NCBI RefSeq assembly: GCF_035594765.1
Contig: NC_085844.1
Coordinates: 163,200,107 to 163,264,106 of the forward strand
Origin: Anolis carolinensis
Taxonomy: Eukaryota
Length of the DNA stretch: 64,000 nucleotides
Direction: 5' to 3'
The notes beneath the pieces are model-generated. The model was not told where the DNA came from. It made no database searches and was given only the letters and a program-made list of their open reading frames with translations. The position numbers were made by a program, and so were the translations under genes. Below, piece after piece: positions 1-9,780 of this stretch (position 1 is the first letter of the stretch; the number at the start of each line of letters is the position of its first letter).

Positions 1-2
1 TT

Positions 3-2054
3 GAAGTCCACACTGATCATCGTAATCTAGAACATCTAAGAACTGCCCGCAAACTAAATCAGAGGCAGCAACGTTGGGCTTTATTCTTTGAACGTTTCAA
101 CTTCCAGATTCATTATGTGACCCCAGCTCAAACCAAGCAAGCAGACGCCCTGTCACGTAAACCGGAATACGCTGCAGGACGCAAGGAGACCTTTGAATCC
201 CAACTGCTACAACCTGAGAACTTTGCCACGCTCACAGTGGGGAACACCAAATCCAGTCCCATTGGTTCAACTTCCCCTACTCCAGGACCCATCTGTGCTC
301 AAGAAATCAGGGCTAGTCAGCAGGCAGATGCCTGGGCGCAGGACCAACTTCGCCAAGGTCTGCATTTTCCCTTTTCGCTTAAAGATGGGCTGCTCTGCTA
401 TAGAAATCATGTTTATATCCCACCCGGACCGGGCAGGGAAAAAGCGCTTCGTCTGTGTCATGACTGCAAACCAGCAGGACACTTCGGACTATTTAAAACC
501 ATGCATTTGATCCTAAGAGATTTTTGGTGGCCCAAGATCCGCAAGGATGTGGAAAAATATGTCAACACCTGCCCAGTATGCCAGCGCTCCAAGATACGAA
601 GGGAGAAGCCCTCAGGGCTTTTGCACCCCCTTCCTACCCCATCTCGCCCATGGGAAATAATTTCCGCGGATTTCATCACTGACCTACCACCTTCCTGTGG
701 ATTCACCACGATCTTAGTGGTGGTGGACCTATTCACCAAGTTAGCCCATTTCATTCCCTGCGAAGGCCTCCCCACGGCCAAAGAAACTGCGGATCTATTT
801 CTTCAGCATGTTTTCAGACTACATGGATTGCCCAAGAGTTTAGTCACAGACCGTGGATCTCAATTCACCTCTCGTTTTTGGAAGGCACTACAAAAACTAT
901 TGGGCATAGACTCTCGCTTATCTTCAGCTCATCATCCCCAAACAGATGGGCAAACGGAACGCACCAATGCCACTTTGGAGCAGTATCTTCGCTGTTATGT
1001 AAACTACCAACAGGACAATTGGGCTTCTCTGTTACCACTGTCTGAGTTTGCCTACAATAATGGAGTTCAAGCTTCTACAAAAGAAACGCCGTTCTTTGCA
1101 AACTACGGTTTCCATCCACGTTTCTTTCCCCCTGTCATTGAAACTTCAGAAGTTCCCGCAGCAGAGGATTGGCTGCAGGAACTCACAGCGGTGCAACAAC
1201 TTTTGCTCCAGCAACTGGACCAAGCCAAGGAGGACTATAAACGCCACGCTGACAAACACCGCCAGCCGGGCCCCGAAATCAAGGTAGGAGATCGGGTTTT
1301 CCTGTCCACTCGCTTTCTGCCCTCCCACCGCCCATGCCGGAAGTTAGATGCCCGCTTCATTGGCCCCTATCCAGTGGTGGCGCAATTAAACCCCGTGACT
1401 TTCAAACTCCAACTTCCGCGTTCAATGCGCATTCACCCAGTGTTTCACCGTTCCCTGCTCCTTCCGGCGGATGGTGTGCGTCCTGATACAGACCAACCGG
1501 CCCCCCCTCCTGTTTTGATGAATGGGGAGGAGGAGTTCGAGGTTGAGGACATTTTGGATTCTCGCTTTCATCGCCGCCGCCTACAATATCTCATTGACTG
1601 GGTGGGTTTTGGGCCTGAGGAACGCTCTTGGGAAGACGCCTCCACAGTTCATGCTCCTGATCTAACCCGTCGCTTCCATCTGACCTATCCCACCAAACCG
1701 CGACCTCGCGCCTCGGGGAGAGGACCCCAGTTTGGGAGGGGCCCTGAGGAGGGGGATAGTGTGATGAACCATGGGCCTTGTAGTCCTGCTCAGGACATTG
1801 TAATCCCTGATGAAGATGAAAACTTGGGTTTTTTACCTTCCCAGTCTGAACTGGATTCCTCTCAGCCAGATCTTTCCCAGGCAGATCTGGAAACCTTGCA
1901 CCTGCAAGAAAGTTGTGCCCCAGAAGTATGTCAAACAACCCCAGAGCCTACTTCTCCCGTGTTCTTGCGCCGGGAGTTTTGTAAACAACAGAGAAGTTTG
2001 GATTCAGCTTCGCGCAGGAGTGCGAGGATAGCAGCTAAGAATGTTGCCAATTAA
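3..2054 (+). CDS. pol: Pol polyprotein C-terminal part: RNase H end, integrase (HHCC, DDE, GPY/F), chromodomain and an LTR-encoded tail
   Basis: Frame is open from base 3 (EVHTDHRNL...QRWALFF...ADALSR). Zinc finger H..H..CPVC; catalytic ISADFI / VTDRGS / GQTERTN; RFIGPY; chromodomain FEVEDILDSR..QYLIDWVGFGPEERSWE at about 1536-1679; stop TAA at 2052-2054 lies inside the LTR. Confidence 0.95.
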   Translation, partial: EVHTDHRNLEHLRTARKLNQRQQRWALFFERFNFQIHYVTPAQTKQADALSRKPEYAAGRKETFESQLLQPENFATLTVGNTKSSPIGSTSPTPGPICAQEIRASQQADAWAQDQLRQGLHFPFSLKDGLLCYRNHVYIPPGPGREKALRLCHDCKPAGHFGLFKTMHLILRDFWWPKIRKDVEKYVNTCPVCQRSKIRREKPSGLLHPLPTPSRPWEIISADFITDLPPSCGFTTILVVVDLFTKLAHFIPCEGLPTAKETADLFLQHVFRLHGLPKSLVTDRGSQFTSRFWKALQKLLGIDSRLSSAHHPQTDGQTERTNATLEQYLRCYVNYQQDNWASLLPLSEFAYNNGVQASTKETPFFANYGFHPRFFPPVIETSEVPAAEDWLQELTAVQQLLLQQLDQAKEDYKRHADKHRQPGPEIKVGDRVFLSTRFLPSHRPCRKLDARFIGPYPVVAQLNPVTFKLQLPRSMRIHPVFHRSLLLPADGVRPDTDQPAPPPVLMNGEEEFEVEDILDSRFHRRRLQYLIDWVGFGPEERSWEDASTVHAPDLTRRFHLTYPTKPRPRASGRGPQFGRGPEEGDSVMNHGPCSPAQDIVIPDEDENLGFLPSQSELDSSQPDLSQADLETLHLQESCAPEVCQTTPEPTSPVFLRREFCKQQRSLDSASRRSARIAAKNVAN
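1746..1759 (+). other. Polypurine tract (plus-strand primer site)
   Basis: GAGGAGGGGGATAG directly before the LTR-initial TG at 1760. Confidence 0.85.
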
Positions 2055-2731
2055 CATTGGTTCTCGTGAGAATCTTTAAGGAGTTTAACATCTGGTCTCA
2101 GAGTTTAGCTTTCGTTTCTGATTCCCAGAGAATCGCTTTGGTGAGAAAGTTGGACTCTATATAGGTGTTTTGCCCGCGTAGCAACTTCGCGGAGTCAATT
2201 CGTCAGCCTACGGAGCGAGTTGTGTCTGGACAGCGCGCTCCGATTCAAGCCTCGCTTCAGCTCAAGCCTTGCCTTGCTATCCAGCCTTCGCCTTGCTTTC
2301 CAGCCTTGTTTACCTACGGACTTTGCCTTGTTTCCCAGGACTAATCCTTGCCTTGTTTCACGGATTTTACCAAGTTATTCCACGGACCTTGTTCCTGTTC
2401 TCAGTTACCTTGTTCCACGTTCAAGCCTTGTTTCAAGTATCAAGTTATTTCCTAGCCACGCTCAAGTTTTATGGACTAAGGACCTTGTCATCTCCCCTCA
2501 CTTTGCTTGGCAAAGTGAGTGTTTCGGTTATTGGATTACAACTTTGGACCTTAATATTTCTTATTGGACATTGCTTTTTTGGACTAATTCTGACCTTTCC
2601 TGAAGGGTCTAATTCTGGACTATTTTCTATACTTGTTTTTATTAACTTTATATATTCCTTCAATAAAGATATTAGTTAGATTCTGGCCTCTGTGTATGGT
2701 TATTGGTGCCTCTGCTGCCTGGGTCGTGACA
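1760..2731 (+). repeat. 3' LTR (972 bp)
   Basis: Starts TGTGATGA and ends TCGTGACA. TATA-like TATATA at 2158-2163, AATAAA at 2662-2667. Both ends match the solo LTR at 15860-16715, which fixes the boundaries. Confidence 0.93.
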
Positions 2732-4028
2732 GTTTGCCAGGTTCCCTGGTGAAAGAGAGAAATCACAAAGCTCTGTCTGGGTGTCATTTTGAACCTGATG
2801 AGATAACCTTATGATATGATGTCTTGTGCCTGTTTCTTAGAGATATTTTTCACTCCAAGGAGATGCTAGCTCGCTTCCCTCCTACTGGGCCCCATGGGAG
2901 AAAGGCGTGCATGAATCAGTCACTCTTTTTGTTGCAGGGTTGATGGTTAGAGTACTTTCTAAAGAAAGCTTGCTTTGTTCCTCCTTTCTGATCTTTAGCC
3001 CACTTTGAAACTTGGGGAATGCGAGGACTGGTGAAATTTCTGCTGCCCTTGAGATTTACTAGGGAACAAAAGAAAGGATTAGGGGGAACTAAAAAGAAGA
3101 TTTCTCCTTTCCTACTACTACTGTAAGGAGTTAGCATCTTGCGGGGGGGGGGGGGGGAGGGAAGAAAATATATTTGGTAAATCCTAGATGGAGGAATTAG
3201 TATTCTAGGGTTAAAGCTAGACAATCTTTCAAGCCACCTCTCCTACCCCCATGCCACAAACTGAGAGCCAGTCAGACTCTAGAGTGGCATTAGCCTTATA
3301 ACCAGCCACTAATGTTGCAAATGATAGCATTGATCTTCTTATCTTCTTGTATCTGAGCTCTGGGATTATCTAACTGGGAGAAAAGAAGAAACTGCAGTAC
3401 AGCCATGAAGGCCTAAAATGGCATAGTCAGCTCTGGAGCTGGCAGAGTACTATTCCCTCCCAACAGAAAAGGCTTTCTTTACCCATTGTTGTTGAACTCC
3501 CTGAAAATAATAGTTAACATACTGGCATAACAAAACTGCTGTAAAGCACAAAAAGGACTCTACACTTAGCATTTTGTCCTTGTATTAATGTCATGGGAGG
3601 AGCAACATCACATGTACTCTTAAGCAGCTATTCAAAGGCTTTGAAGGAATATGGGGCTCAGAGAGCGAGAGTAGTAATACTGTAAAATACCAATTCTACA
3701 TAGATACTTCACTTACATACTCAAGGTAGTTTGAGTGTGTAGGTGGCAACCAGGCTGGAGAGCTTCAAGTAGTAAAGCAATGGAACATGGTTTGTGCTTA
3801 GGCAGTGAAGAAAAAGAACAGCTTGCTTCCAACAACATCAGAAAAATGGAAGATGTCTCTTCTTCAGTGCATGCAAGGAAAAAAAAACATGTAGCATTGT
3901 GACCTACGCTTTCCAGAGAACTGACACAAGGAAAGAACTCATGAAAGGTCAAGGGTAGCAATAACCAATGAGAGAGTTGCTATGAATTATGACATGAGTT
4001 ATGAGTTCTGATCACCACCTCCCCTGTT

Positions 4029-5213
4029 AAAAGTTTAAAAGCAATGCTTTTGGGTTGGAACTTTGTTTAACATCTTCACGAACGATCAGCCACTACCACC
4101 ACTCACAAAAAGCTTTATATATGCTGATGACCTTGGCCTAACAACACAAGCAAAATATTTTGAAACAGTTGAAAGCCAACTCACAAATGCCTTGAAAGAT
4201 CTCCCCAGCTACTACAAAGATAACCACCTGAAGCCTAACCCTTCCAAGACACAAGTGTGTGCTTTCCACTTACAGAACCGTGAAGCCAACAGGAAACTGA
4301 AAGTTACTTGGGAAGGCCAAGAGCTCGAACATGGTTTCCATCCTAAATACTTTGGTGTCACCTTAGACCGAACACTAACATATAGGAAACACTGCATAAA
4401 CACCAAGCACAAAGTAGCTGAACGCAACAACATCCTGCAGAAACTTACTGGCAGTGCATGGGGTGCAGACCAACAATTAATAAGAACATCAGCCCTGGCC
4501 TTTTCTTACTCAACTGCTGAGTACGCCTGTCCTGTCTGGCACAAGTCTGCCCATGTGAAGCAGGTGGACATAGCTCTGAACGAAACATGCAGAATAATCA
4601 CAGGATGCCTTAAACCTACACCTGTTGATAAACTCTACAAGTTAGCTGGCATTGCCCCTCCTGACGTGCGACAGGAAGTTGCTAACTGAGAGAGAAATAA
4701 GGTTGAACATTGTGAAAGCCATCCACTGCATGACTATCAGCCTCCTCCCACTAGATTTAAATCAAGGAAGGGCTTCATGAGAACCACCACGCCTCTTGAT
4801 GTTCCTCCAGCAACAGCAAGAGTGTCCCTCTGGGCAGCTAAACCAGGCAATTCCAACTGGATGCCCCCCCCATGAGGGTCTTCCTCCAGGGGCAAACCAA
4901 GAATGGGCAACCTGGAAGTCCCTAAATAGACTGAGAAGCGGAGTGGGCAAATCAAAAGACAACCTGAGAAGATGGCACTACTTGGAGGAATCCTCCGCCT
5001 TGTGTGACTGTGGAGCAGAACAAACAACTCCACATATGTATGCTTGCTCACAATGTCCTGACTCATGTACGGAGGAGGAGTTGTTTAAAGCTACAGACAA
5101 TGCGGTCGCTGTTGCCCGCTTTTGGTCTAAAACTATTTAGTTGCTTGTGATTTCCTTTATTTCATCACTTTTAAATTTATTTATTACGCAATGCTTTTGA
5201 CACGAAATAAATA
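4029..5213 (+). mobile_element. 5'-truncated non-LTR retrotransposon, Vingi/Ingi-like clade
   Basis: 15-bp TSD ACCACCTCCCCTGTT at 4014-4028 and 5214-5228; short 3' UTR ending GACACGAAATAAATA; RT-to-C-terminus coding sequence with no RNase H. Confidence 0.88.
4060..5140 (+). pseudogene. Disrupted LINE ORF: RT C-terminal half plus CCHC zinc knuckle
   Basis: FIYADD, PKYFGVTLDRTL, WGA and YSTAEYACPVW motifs. Premature TGA at 4687-4689 and a frameshift in the C-run near 4864-4871. Ends LNRLRSG...CDCGAEQTTPHMYAC...KTI*. Confidence 0.88.
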
Positions 5214-6635
5214 ACCACCTCCCCTGTTCAATGCTGACACATCTGTATAGCTCTTCTTTCTCAGTTGAGCGAATGTATTCCTTGGGCGCAGTTTTCCTTA
5301 CCCATGTCAGTATTGCCTGCCTCTAATTTGGTGTATTCTAAATTTGATCAACCATTACTCCCATCTCCCCCCGTTTGATTTGTCCAGTGACCATGATGCT
5401 AGCTGAAACTGCAGCTGTAATTCACATCTAGAGTACAATGGTTGGGAATCTCTCTCACACACATACATATACATACTATGCACATGCATGGGAGGAGAAT
5501 CCTAGCAATTATGCAAGCTGTTTGTAGCATGGTAGATGACTGGAGGGCAAGGGCTACTTAGGTTACACATTCAAGATAATTTACTGTGGATTGCCTGACC
5601 ATTCTTACTCTTTTGGTCCTCAGTTTATGAATATATTCAAGATGATACCTTGTATCTTAATTTTCGTTTGTGTTGCACACACCCATTTGTCCCTCCTTTC
5701 CCCAACTGAAGGCAATTGAAGGAGGCTTTGAAGGTTATGAAGGGATCCACCTGTTCTTTTAACTATATGTTAATTGCTGTAGAGGTCAGTTCTTACTGCT
5801 TCTTTTTTAAAGAGAATAATGTTAAGCACATGGTTGTTACTCTTTCACTTCCTATAAAGCTTCCTCACTGCTGATAATCAAGAAATAATGAGAGAAATAT
5901 TCTGTATATGTTTTCTAGGCATAAGAAGCACCATGCAACATAGTGGGACCTACTTCTAAATAAATATGAATTGAGTTACCCTGCAGTTCCTTTCCCCCCT
6001 TAACTTTTAATTGAATTTGCATATTGTTGGAGTCAATTTGTTGACTCTTTTTATTTTTTTTAATCAGAACATTTACCTTAGTTTTTTTATAATCTTATGA
6101 ATAGGCATGATTGACAAGTATTCATATTTCAAATGAACGAATAGTTAAATATGGGTGCAGTCTTGTGTGTGAGAGATATCTTACTATTTTTAATCATCCA
6201 GGACTTGTAGTAAAATGTTTTAAACTACCAGTGTGAATTTGTAATAGTTAAGATTTAGAAACTATTACTTTTGGCTGTCTTTAATCACTCGCAATTATAG
6301 GTTTCTTATATCTGCTTTATGAATGTTTGCTCTTCATGACTTGGTTGTTTAAAGTAGCAGTAATATTTAGTTCTGGCAAAATGTTTTAGCATTCGGAACA
6401 ATAGCATACGATACAATAAAAATATTTACATTCACATGAATTGTTTTCACGTGTACTAGAGTTTAAGCTCTAATTGGAGAAGGATACCATTTGTGTTTGA
6501 CAAGTTGTTAAAAATCAGCTTATAGCTGATTTTTTAAAAGTTTTTTGTAAATAGGTGCAGGACAGAAATTAAAGTATTTTAGCTGATTCTGGTTCATATG
6601 CATCTTGTACTGAAGACAACATGAATGAAACCATA

Positions 6636-6832
6636 GGTGCATCTATATTGAAGGTTTGTAAGCGATGTTTACATCCATGGCTCAATGCTCTGGGATCATG
6701 GGAGTTGTATTTTAGAAGGTGGTTAGCTTTCTCTGCCAGAGTTTTGTTTCCTCGTCAAACTACAACTGTCAGGATTTCATAACATTGAACCATAGAAATT
6801 AAAACTGCATTCATTTTAGTACAGATGCATCC
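6636..6832. mobile_element. Palindromic MITE (PIF/Harbinger-like), degenerate
   Basis: Termini GGTGCATCT...AGATGCATCC; internal sequence is shared with the copies at about 48646-48855 and 51414-51778. Confidence 0.6.
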
Positions 6833-7092
6833 AATACACCCTTGAGTTGTACCTTGTGCTCATCTGTGATCCATAATCTATTTCAATGGATTCACTCCGC
6901 CAAGTATTTGATTACTTTGTGCATTATAATACATTCAATCTTACAGTCTATAACATGAAAACAACTTGTTTTAAATAAAGCATTTTGATTTTACACTTTT
7001 ACAACATTCTTTGGTATGTCAATGTGGTTCCAAATACAAAGAGGTCAATACAAGGGGTCATTGAGTCTGTTGGAAGATGTCATTTACATGTA

Positions 7093-7256
7093 CATGCAGT
7101 CCCCAAGCTACAAATATCCAACTTAGAAATTACTCATAGTTAAGGATGGGGGTGAGACAACAGGAAGTGAGAGAAATCTATCCCTAGGAAGGAAATTCAC
7201 CCCTGAAAGAGTTATCATGGGGAAAAGGTGTCTTCACTGAAGCTTTATCACCAAGC
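7093..7256. mobile_element. Tigger/pogo-like MITE fragment
   Basis: TA followed by CA(T/G)GCAGTCCCC terminus; reverse complement of the right part of the element at 43895-44276. Confidence 0.65.
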
Positions 7257-7715
7257 TTTAGTAATCAATTTTCACTTGCACATGGAAATGCTCCATTTGC
7301 TGTGTGTTCACTCCTGACATGCAAAGGCATATAACTATGTCCATGAGCTAATATGAAGATTTGCTTCCTCTTGCTCCCTCCTGTTGATCTATCTAACCCG
7401 AAATTAGTATGTGCTTTAAAAATAACATTTATGCAGGCTATGTCATTGGAATTGCTTTCTTCTCTCTGGCTGTTGCCTTGCTCCTATGTTAGAAATGGAA
7501 AAGATCAATGTGTGTGTTGAAGTTTTTCTTTTGCCAGTAAAGTAAATTCTAAAGTATTGATTACAGTAATGTAAATTACATTGAGTTAGAGATACTAAAA
7601 CACTTAAGTGCTAAAGCTGAATGATTAGGTTGGCGGCAATACTATTAGCAAGGTGTATTGAAGTAAGCGTGGTTACCTCTGTAGTTACAGGGACTGTTTC
7701 TCTGCTTTCCAATTG

Positions 7716-7866
7716 CTGTATTTTTTTAAATTATAAGATACCATCAATGATAAGACACAGTAAATTTCAGTAACAACAAAAATGCGTAAAATACGCTTGT
7801 AATGAACCCCATTTTTAGAGATGTTTATATAGGGAAAAAGTGTGTCTTAGAAGTGAAGAAATCCAG
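7716..7866. mobile_element. Tc1/mariner-type MITE, degenerate
   Basis: CTGTATTT...AAATCCAG+TA termini with internal inverted TAAGACAC / GTGTCTTA motifs. Confidence 0.45.
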
Positions 7867-8235
7867 TAAGTAATTTTGTACCTTTCCATATTAATATGGT
7901 ATATTTGGCAGTGGAATGTACTAGTGATTCCTGCATATGGCCATTCCTTGGTCATTTAGGAGGACATATGATGCAGTCATCTTCAAGAAACTAAGGAGGT
8001 CTTGGCTTGGTCAGCTTTGGGATAGTTGACCAACTGGAACCCCCTTGTGCCTTGACTTTAATGGTATTTTGGGGGCAGGGTGCGGGAGGCTTTTCATGTA
8101 AATACAATGAATAAATAATTTAAGAATCTGTTTGTATAGTCATATTATGGTACTGTCGGATTTCCTTCCAAAAGAATAGCTGTATTTTACTGGTTGCAGC
8201 AAAAATATCAAAGAGCAAGAATGAGTATTGGCTAG

Positions 8236-8385
8236 AGCCCCTTCCTCACAGCTGAATAAAATCCCACATTATCTGCTTTGAATGGGGATATATGGCAGCG
8301 TGGACTCAGATATTCAAGTTCAAAGTAGATATTGTGGGTTATTCTGCCTTGATGTTCTGGGTTATATGTCTATGTGGATGGGCCC
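8236..8385. mobile_element. Harbinger-like MITE
   Basis: Imperfect TIRs (AGCCCCTTCC / GGATGGGCCC) flanked by 3-bp TAG duplications; internally palindromic. Confidence 0.55.
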
Positions 8386-9069
8386 TAGGTACACGGAATG
8401 CTGCATCTTCTAGAAGAAATTGGATGCGGGTAAAGTGTCTTTTTTCTAAGGTTGAATACAGAAGGCTTCCCATCTCTTAGAATAACCTTCCCTCAAATTG
8501 CTGAAGCATGATTGCCCTGGGAAAAGACTCATTAAATTATTACAGAGGTATTTGTGTTCAGAGGTGTTCAACTGTGTTCAAGCATTGAGTCCCTTGTGAT
8601 TTTTCTTTCTGAACCCTGTCACTTTAACATTAGAGTGCTTCCTAGGAAGAAGATTTATGTAGAATAATATCTGGAAAATGGTTTCTCTTTTTGGCTTTAT
8701 TCCCTTCGACAAACAATGACAGAATAATGATTTGCTATAGTATGGTAGAAAGGCAAGGAAGTTGTTTTTGCTCCTAAATATTTACAACTTTATTTTGACT
8801 GGGAGATTAGGGGAGAAGATTGAACATGTAATTGGGCAATCCAACTATATGTATGCTGTCATAACGGGAAGCCATTTGCACACTTTTGGTTTTTGTAATA
8901 GTTCAGGTTCTTTTTAGTTTATTTATGCATTGAAAATACATTCTGCTTTTCTCCAAGAATTGGGACATAGGTTCACAAAAAGATTAAAAGTGTTGCAAAT
9001 AGAAATAGGTACAGGTTTTAAATACATAGCAAAGGTAAAATACGAAAAAATGTGATATGAAAACATAGT

Positions 9070-9316
9070 GAAGGTAAAGATTTGCCCCTGACATCAGACA
9101 CCTCCAAGATCATGTGGCCGGCATGACTGCATGGAGCTTCCCGCCGAAGCAGTATCTATTGATCTACTCATATTTGCATGTTTTAGAATTGCTAGGTTGG
9201 CAGAAGCTGGGGCTAACAACGGGAGCTCGCCCCACTCCCCAGATTTGAACCACCAACCTTTTGGTCAGCAGGTTTAGCAGCTCAGTGGTTTAACCTGCTG
9301 CACCATCGGAGGCTCC
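9070..9316 (-). mobile_element. Sauria-type SINE with internal deletions
   Basis: On the minus strand it begins GGAGCC with tRNA-like A/B boxes, has the central GCAAATATGAGTAGATCAATAG motif and an (ACCTTT)-like tail (AAGGTAAAG on the plus strand). Confidence 0.8.
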
Positions 9317-9761
9317 AGTGTATTAATGTATGAATTAAAACATAGTCTCTTGATGATTCAATAACAGGTTTACGTAGAAGGACATTCCACAGCCCAGAGC
9401 AGCTGCTTAAAACTCACAGACTTAACTTTATGAGAAATGAACACTCTAGCTACTAAGTTTTCTTGCAACAGTCAGTGACATAAAATATGAGAGAAGTGTT
9501 CATTGTCATGTATACTCTTTTTGTCCTGTGTTAAATCTGAAGGCTCACAGAAATGCTGGGTAGCCCCAAGGCATATGCTCCAATAGTAGTCTATGAGATA
9601 TTTTCTAAATGGTCCAAGGTCCTTCTTTTACAATCAATGTATTTGGTGGTAATTGAAAATGTAGAATAATGTTGCTCTGGCTCCTACCATATGGAATCAC
9701 TTGTACTGGATGGTACAGTAAATCTAATTGGTTTTTCTTCTCATACTGCTCTCACTGACAG

Positions 9762-9780
9762 GGTTTCTCGGACGTGCTTG
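9762..9780 (+). other. Candidate 19-nt microexon of an unidentified host gene
   Basis: Branch-point-like TCTAAT at 9723, pyrimidine tract, ACAG acceptor at 9758-9761, exon GGTTTCTCGGACGTGCTTG with two CpGs, TG|GTATGT donor, ACTAAC at 9801-9806. Confidence 0.45.

Larger units (their letters stand above)
1..2731 (+). mobile_element. Ty3/Gypsy chromovirus-type LTR retrotransposon, 3' portion (continues upstream of the window)
   Basis: Open pol frame with RNase H end, integrase and chromodomain, followed by a polypurine tract and a TG...CA LTR. CpG-rich with no disabling mutation seen, so probably young. Confidence 0.96.

Noticed and set aside
2220-2679. ORFs of 127 and 136 aa in the R/U5 part of the LTR (and 16231-16539 in the solo LTR)
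   Set aside because: They start at TTG and arise from pyrimidine-rich degenerate short repeats that lack stops; I saw no synonymous-bias signal like that of the U3 tail.
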